The notes under the pieces were generated by a model, which worked only from the letters and a program-made list of their open reading frames with translations, did not search any database and was not told the origin of the DNA. A DNA stretch of 10,982 nt, from the NCBI GenBank assembly GCA_029974275.1, contig JARKSN010000293.1:1-10982 (forward strand). The letters run 5' to 3'. Of this stretch, positions 8,535 to 10,982 are shown piece after piece (position 1 is the first letter of the stretch; every line of letters begins with the position of its first letter). The stretch comes from Candidatus Hydrogenedentota bacterium (GTDB lineage: Bacteria > Hydrogenedentota > Hydrogenedentia > Hydrogenedentales > SLHB01). Both the position numbers and the translations under genes were made by a program.

Positions 8535-9010
8535 GACAAAACTTCTTTCAACAAGACGAACGCCATGTCGGCGGTCTGATTCTTGATGTCCTCGCGCGTG
8601 CCGCTAAACACATGACGCCGGACGACTGTCCCCTTCGAAGCGGCGACGGCGACGAACGCCAAGCCGACGGGCTTCTCTGCCGTGCCGTCGGACGGACCGG
8701 CAATCCCCGTGACGCCCACGCCGTAATCCGCGGCAAACAATCGCCTCGCCCCTTCCGCCATCTGCCGCGCGACGGATTCACTCACGGCCCCGCAATCGCG
8801 CAGGACGGACGGATTCACCCCGAGCAGGGATTCCTTGACCTCATTGCCATACGCCACCACGCCGCCGCGGAAAACAGCCGATGCGCCCGGCACATTCGTC
8901 ATTCGGTGGGCGATAAGCCCGCCCGAACACGACTCCGCCGTAGCCAGCGTGAACGAATGGGCGGAAAGCCAACGGCATATCGATGATTCAAGAGACCAAT
9001 CATGCGTCAT
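8531..9010 (-). CDS. pncC: CinA C-terminal domain protein / nicotinamide mononucleotide deamidase (PncC-type)
   Basis: Motifs TLATAESCSGGLIA, PGASAVFRGGVVAYGNEVK, GAVSESVARQMAEG, GVTGIAGP and KPVG. Start placed at ATG 9010 (MTHDW, 159 aa), with GAGGT at 9018-9022 lying 7 nt upstream. The stop overlaps the dnaE start (ATGA, 8531-8534). Confidence 0.9.
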   Translation of the reverse strand: MTHDWSLESSICRWLSAHSFTLATAESCSGGLIAHRMTNVPGASAVFRGGVVAYGNEVKESLLGVNPSVLRDCGAVSESVARQMAEGARRLFAADYGVGVTGIAGPSDGTAEKPVGLAFVAVAASKGTVVRRHVFSGTREDIKNQTADMAFVLLKEVLS

Positions 9011-9032
9011 GTACAGGACCTCAACAAGGCGT

Positions 9033-9062
9033 ACGGTACCATCTCGAGTCGATGGCAGGCAA
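9033..9062 (-). promoter_or_regulatory. Possible sigma70 promoter for pncC-dnaE
   Basis: Minus strand TTGCCT (9057-9062), 18 nt, TACCGT (9033-9038) preceded by TGn (extended -10). The spacer holds the inverted repeat CCATC-N7-GATGG. It lies downstream of the terminator-like hairpin. Confidence 0.35.
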
Positions 9063-9124
9063 GCCGCATCGTCACAACAATATCCCGCCCCGAAACCTGC
9101 TCCAAACCGTGAAACCTTCCCACG

Positions 9125-9167
9125 ACGCAAATTTCCCGTGCGCGCCCTTGAAAACGCGCACGGGAAA
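9125..9167 (-). terminator. Probable intrinsic terminator or stabilising hairpin after the IMPase-family gene
   Basis: Perfect 13-bp inverted repeat TTTCCCGTGCGCG (9132-9144) / CGCGCACGGGAAA (9155-9167) with a 10-nt loop, about 55 nt after the stop. It is followed on the minus strand by only a short U-tract (UUUGCGU). Confidence 0.6.
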
Positions 9168-9220
9168 CGAAAATACCGACTGCCCCTCGGACCGCATCGC
9201 CCGTTACCAAGCGCACCGCG

Positions 9221-10621
9221 TCAGTTCTCGGGCGGAGGGGTTCCCGCGCGACGGCTGAGCAGCAACTCGTATTGACGCATGCGCATGTCGAAAAAACTCA
9301 ACAATTTATTGTGAAGCTCGGCATTGGATGCGGCAAGCATGGACTGATGGTTGGCGACGGAACTGTCGAGAAGCAGAATATCATCAAAACCTTTTCCATA
9401 GGCGTCCGTGACGATACACCCTGCTTCCTGGGCTATCAAGAGCGACGCCGCGATGTCGTACGGCGCGATGCCCAAGATAATGCCGCGTCCGGCGTTGATG
9501 AATTTGCCCTCGACGGCTGCCGGGATGTCGCGCAGATACCGGTTGGCAATATCGACGCAGGCGTCAAGCTGGTTGGTGAGCAAGCGCGTCAAGCTGAACG
9601 AGGTGCTGTTGCACGCGAAAAAACCGCCCTTGAGACTCGTCAAATCGATGAGCTTGGCGGCCGTCGGAAAGATGAGATCGGCGGGCCGCGCAGGAACCGT
9701 CATGGCCCAGGACATCGTCTCCAGGTTGGCGTTTTGAGAAAGAGTCGGCTTTTTCCAGGCATCGCCGGTGTAAATGCGCGTCCCCTTGCCGCGCTCGGCG
9801 TAAAACGTGCGATCGCCAATCACTTCCATGACGCATGCGCTTTCGATATCCCCCATTCGCGGACGTTCGATGACCCGCGTGCATCCGACGGACACCACGC
9901 AGCTCTCGAAACCGCATTTCGCGGCGCGGGTGCCGTCAATCGGATCGACGACCAGCAGGTGCTGCGGCTGACCGCTTGAAAACGTCGTATACCCCGCATC
10001 TTCGGAGTAGTACGCCACCGGAGCCTTCACTTCCTTGAGGAAGTTCAACAGGGCTTTCTCCGCGATGCGGTCAATTTCGAAGGTGGCATCGCCGCTTGTG
10101 GCATGGCCAATCACCTCGCGCCCCTTCACGTTCCGCACGCAGGGAACCACTGCCTGCCGGATGGAGTTGGCGAGTTCAAACAGAAATTCGCGCGATAGGG
10201 GCTTCACCGTTGACGCGCGTCCTGCCGGTTTGGAGACGACAGGGGCGGGAACAGGTTTGGGCGTCGCGACAACAGCGGTCTTGTTCCGCTTTTGAAGATC
10301 GCGCGCCGCATCCTTCGCCGTAGGACGGAGACCTGTCCTGGACGTAACCGCCGGTTTGGAGGGGATGCTTGCCGCCGAAATGTTTTTAGACGCGGCTTTT
10401 TCCTGTTTTTTAGGCGAACGGGGCTTGCTCGCAGGGGAAGTCTTTGGGGGAGCGGACGGCTTGGTCAATTTTTTAGCGGGGACGCTTTGTTTCGCGGACT
10501 TCGCCTTTTTTGCAGGCGTTGACGTGGCGCGCGCAATGGGCTTCTTCTTTGGCGGAGAGAGGGTTTTCTTAACTGGCTTTTTGTTTTTCTCTTTTTTTGC
10601 AGAGGTGGTTTTCTTCGCCAT
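9221..10621 (-). CDS. Inositol monophosphatase / FBPase-IMPase (FIG superfamily) protein with a histone H1-like basic N-terminal extension
   Basis: 466 aa. Catalytic motifs TFEIDRIAE, YSED, VVDPIDGT, FYAERGKG and PYDIAASLLIAQEAGCIVTD. Residues 1-140 are K/A/P/S/T-rich low complexity. GAGGGGG lies just upstream of the ATG. Confidence 0.9.
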   Translation of the reverse strand: MAKKTTSAKKEKNKKPVKKTLSPPKKKPIARATSTPAKKAKSAKQSVPAKKLTKPSAPPKTSPASKPRSPKKQEKAASKNISAASIPSKPAVTSRTGLRPTAKDAARDLQKRNKTAVVATPKPVPAPVVSKPAGRASTVKPLSREFLFELANSIRQAVVPCVRNVKGREVIGHATSGDATFEIDRIAEKALLNFLKEVKAPVAYYSEDAGYTTFSSGQPQHLLVVDPIDGTRAAKCGFESCVVSVGCTRVIERPRMGDIESACVMEVIGDRTFYAERGKGTRIYTGDAWKKPTLSQNANLETMSWAMTVPARPADLIFPTAAKLIDLTSLKGGFFACNSTSFSLTRLLTNQLDACVDIANRYLRDIPAAVEGKFINAGRGIILGIAPYDIAASLLIAQEAGCIVTDAYGKGFDDILLLDSSVANHQSMLAASNAELHNKLLSFFDMRMRQYELLLSRRAGTPPPEN

Positions 10622-10673
10622 TTCTGCCCCCTCATTGGACCCCGAATGTTGTTACGGGGTGTGCCTCTGTAAA

Positions 10674-10728
10674 CGTCCGCGCCTCTCTCGAAAACACCTG
10701 GCATGGCAGGCGAAGGGAGTTGCAGACG
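10674..10728 (-). other. Extended imperfect hairpin in the 5' leader of the IMPase-family gene (candidate cis-regulatory RNA)
   Basis: Minus strand CGUCUGC-aa-CUCCCUU-CGCCUG-ccaugc-CAGGUG-uuuuc-GAGAGAG-gc-GCGGACG. Three nested helices, identified by eye. Confidence 0.4.
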
Positions 10729-10875
10729 ACGCAAAACCATCTCGAAAGTGGCGTATCAAGCTCTTGTGCGACGCGGTAAGCAGGGAGTAGGAAATTCTGT
10801 CGTAACACATTGAAACAAATACGCTTATCCGCTCCAAAATACACCCCTCCCCGAATGGGCATCCAAACTGGCGAG

Positions 10876-10904
10876 ATAGTAGCACTTTGCGCAACATATG
10901 TCCA
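10876..10904 (-). promoter_or_regulatory. Sigma70-type promoter (extended -10) upstream of the IMPase-family gene
   Basis: Minus strand TGGACA (10899-10904), 17-nt spacer ending in TGC, then TACTAT (10876-10881). Confidence 0.55.
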
Positions 10905-10930
10905 GAACTATTTCTGCTAGACCGGATTTT

Positions 10931-10960
10931 TGGACAACAGTTGTTAAGCGCAATAATAAT
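10931..10960 (+). promoter_or_regulatory. Possible divergent sigma70 promoter pointing out of the window
   Basis: Plus strand TGGACA (10931-10936), then TAATAA at 17 nt or AATAAT at 18 nt, in the AT-rich right end. Confidence 0.35.
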
Positions 10961-10982
10961 CTCATTTTTTGTAATTTTTATA

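Noticed and set aside
9011..9130. 40-aa N-terminal extension of the CinA/PncC ORF (start 9130)
   Set aside because: It would begin at a TTG in the terminator tail with no SD, whereas ATG 9010 has GAGGT and gives a typical PncC length.
10725..10760. Plus-strand GCAAAACCATCTCGAAAGTGG resembling the c-di-GMP-I (GEMM) riboswitch
   Set aside because: The GAAA-capped stem pairs poorly, the conserved GACGCAAAGC does not follow it, and it is antisense to the adjacent gene.
10465..10897. Short ORFs (60-91 aa) in or overlapping the right-hand non-coding region
   Set aside because: No recognisable motifs or convincing RBS, and they overlap promoter and leader elements.
10951..10969. AT-rich segment resembling a Fur box
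   Set aside because: Only about 10 of 19 bases match GATAATGATAATCATTATC, which AT-richness alone can explain.

Overview
GC-rich bacterial chromosomal segment with five co-oriented minus-strand genes. In transcription order (right to left): (1) an inositol monophosphatase/FBPase-family enzyme with a ~140-aa Lys/Ala/Pro/Ser-rich, histone H1-like N-terminal extension (9221-10621); (2) a stand-alone CinA C-terminal/PncC NMN deamidase (8531-9010), joined by an ATGA overlap to (3) replicative DNA polymerase III alpha, dnaE (5070-8534); (4) a Wzc/GumC-type polysaccharide co-polymerase whose BY-kinase domain is degenerate (Walker A Lys->Arg, Walker A' Asp->Cys, no Tyr cluster; 2718-4943), behind a near-consensus sigma70 promoter; (5) a large membrane-anchored TPR protein (25-2619) that stops at a TAG in the middle of a repeat, with the frame staying open to the window edge. 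The non-coding regions hold a 13-bp terminator-like hairpin, back-to-back divergent promoter candidates, and a ~250-nt structured leader whose 9-11-nt words recur in the other intergenic regions. No mobile elements, CRISPR arrays, rRNA or tRNA were seen.
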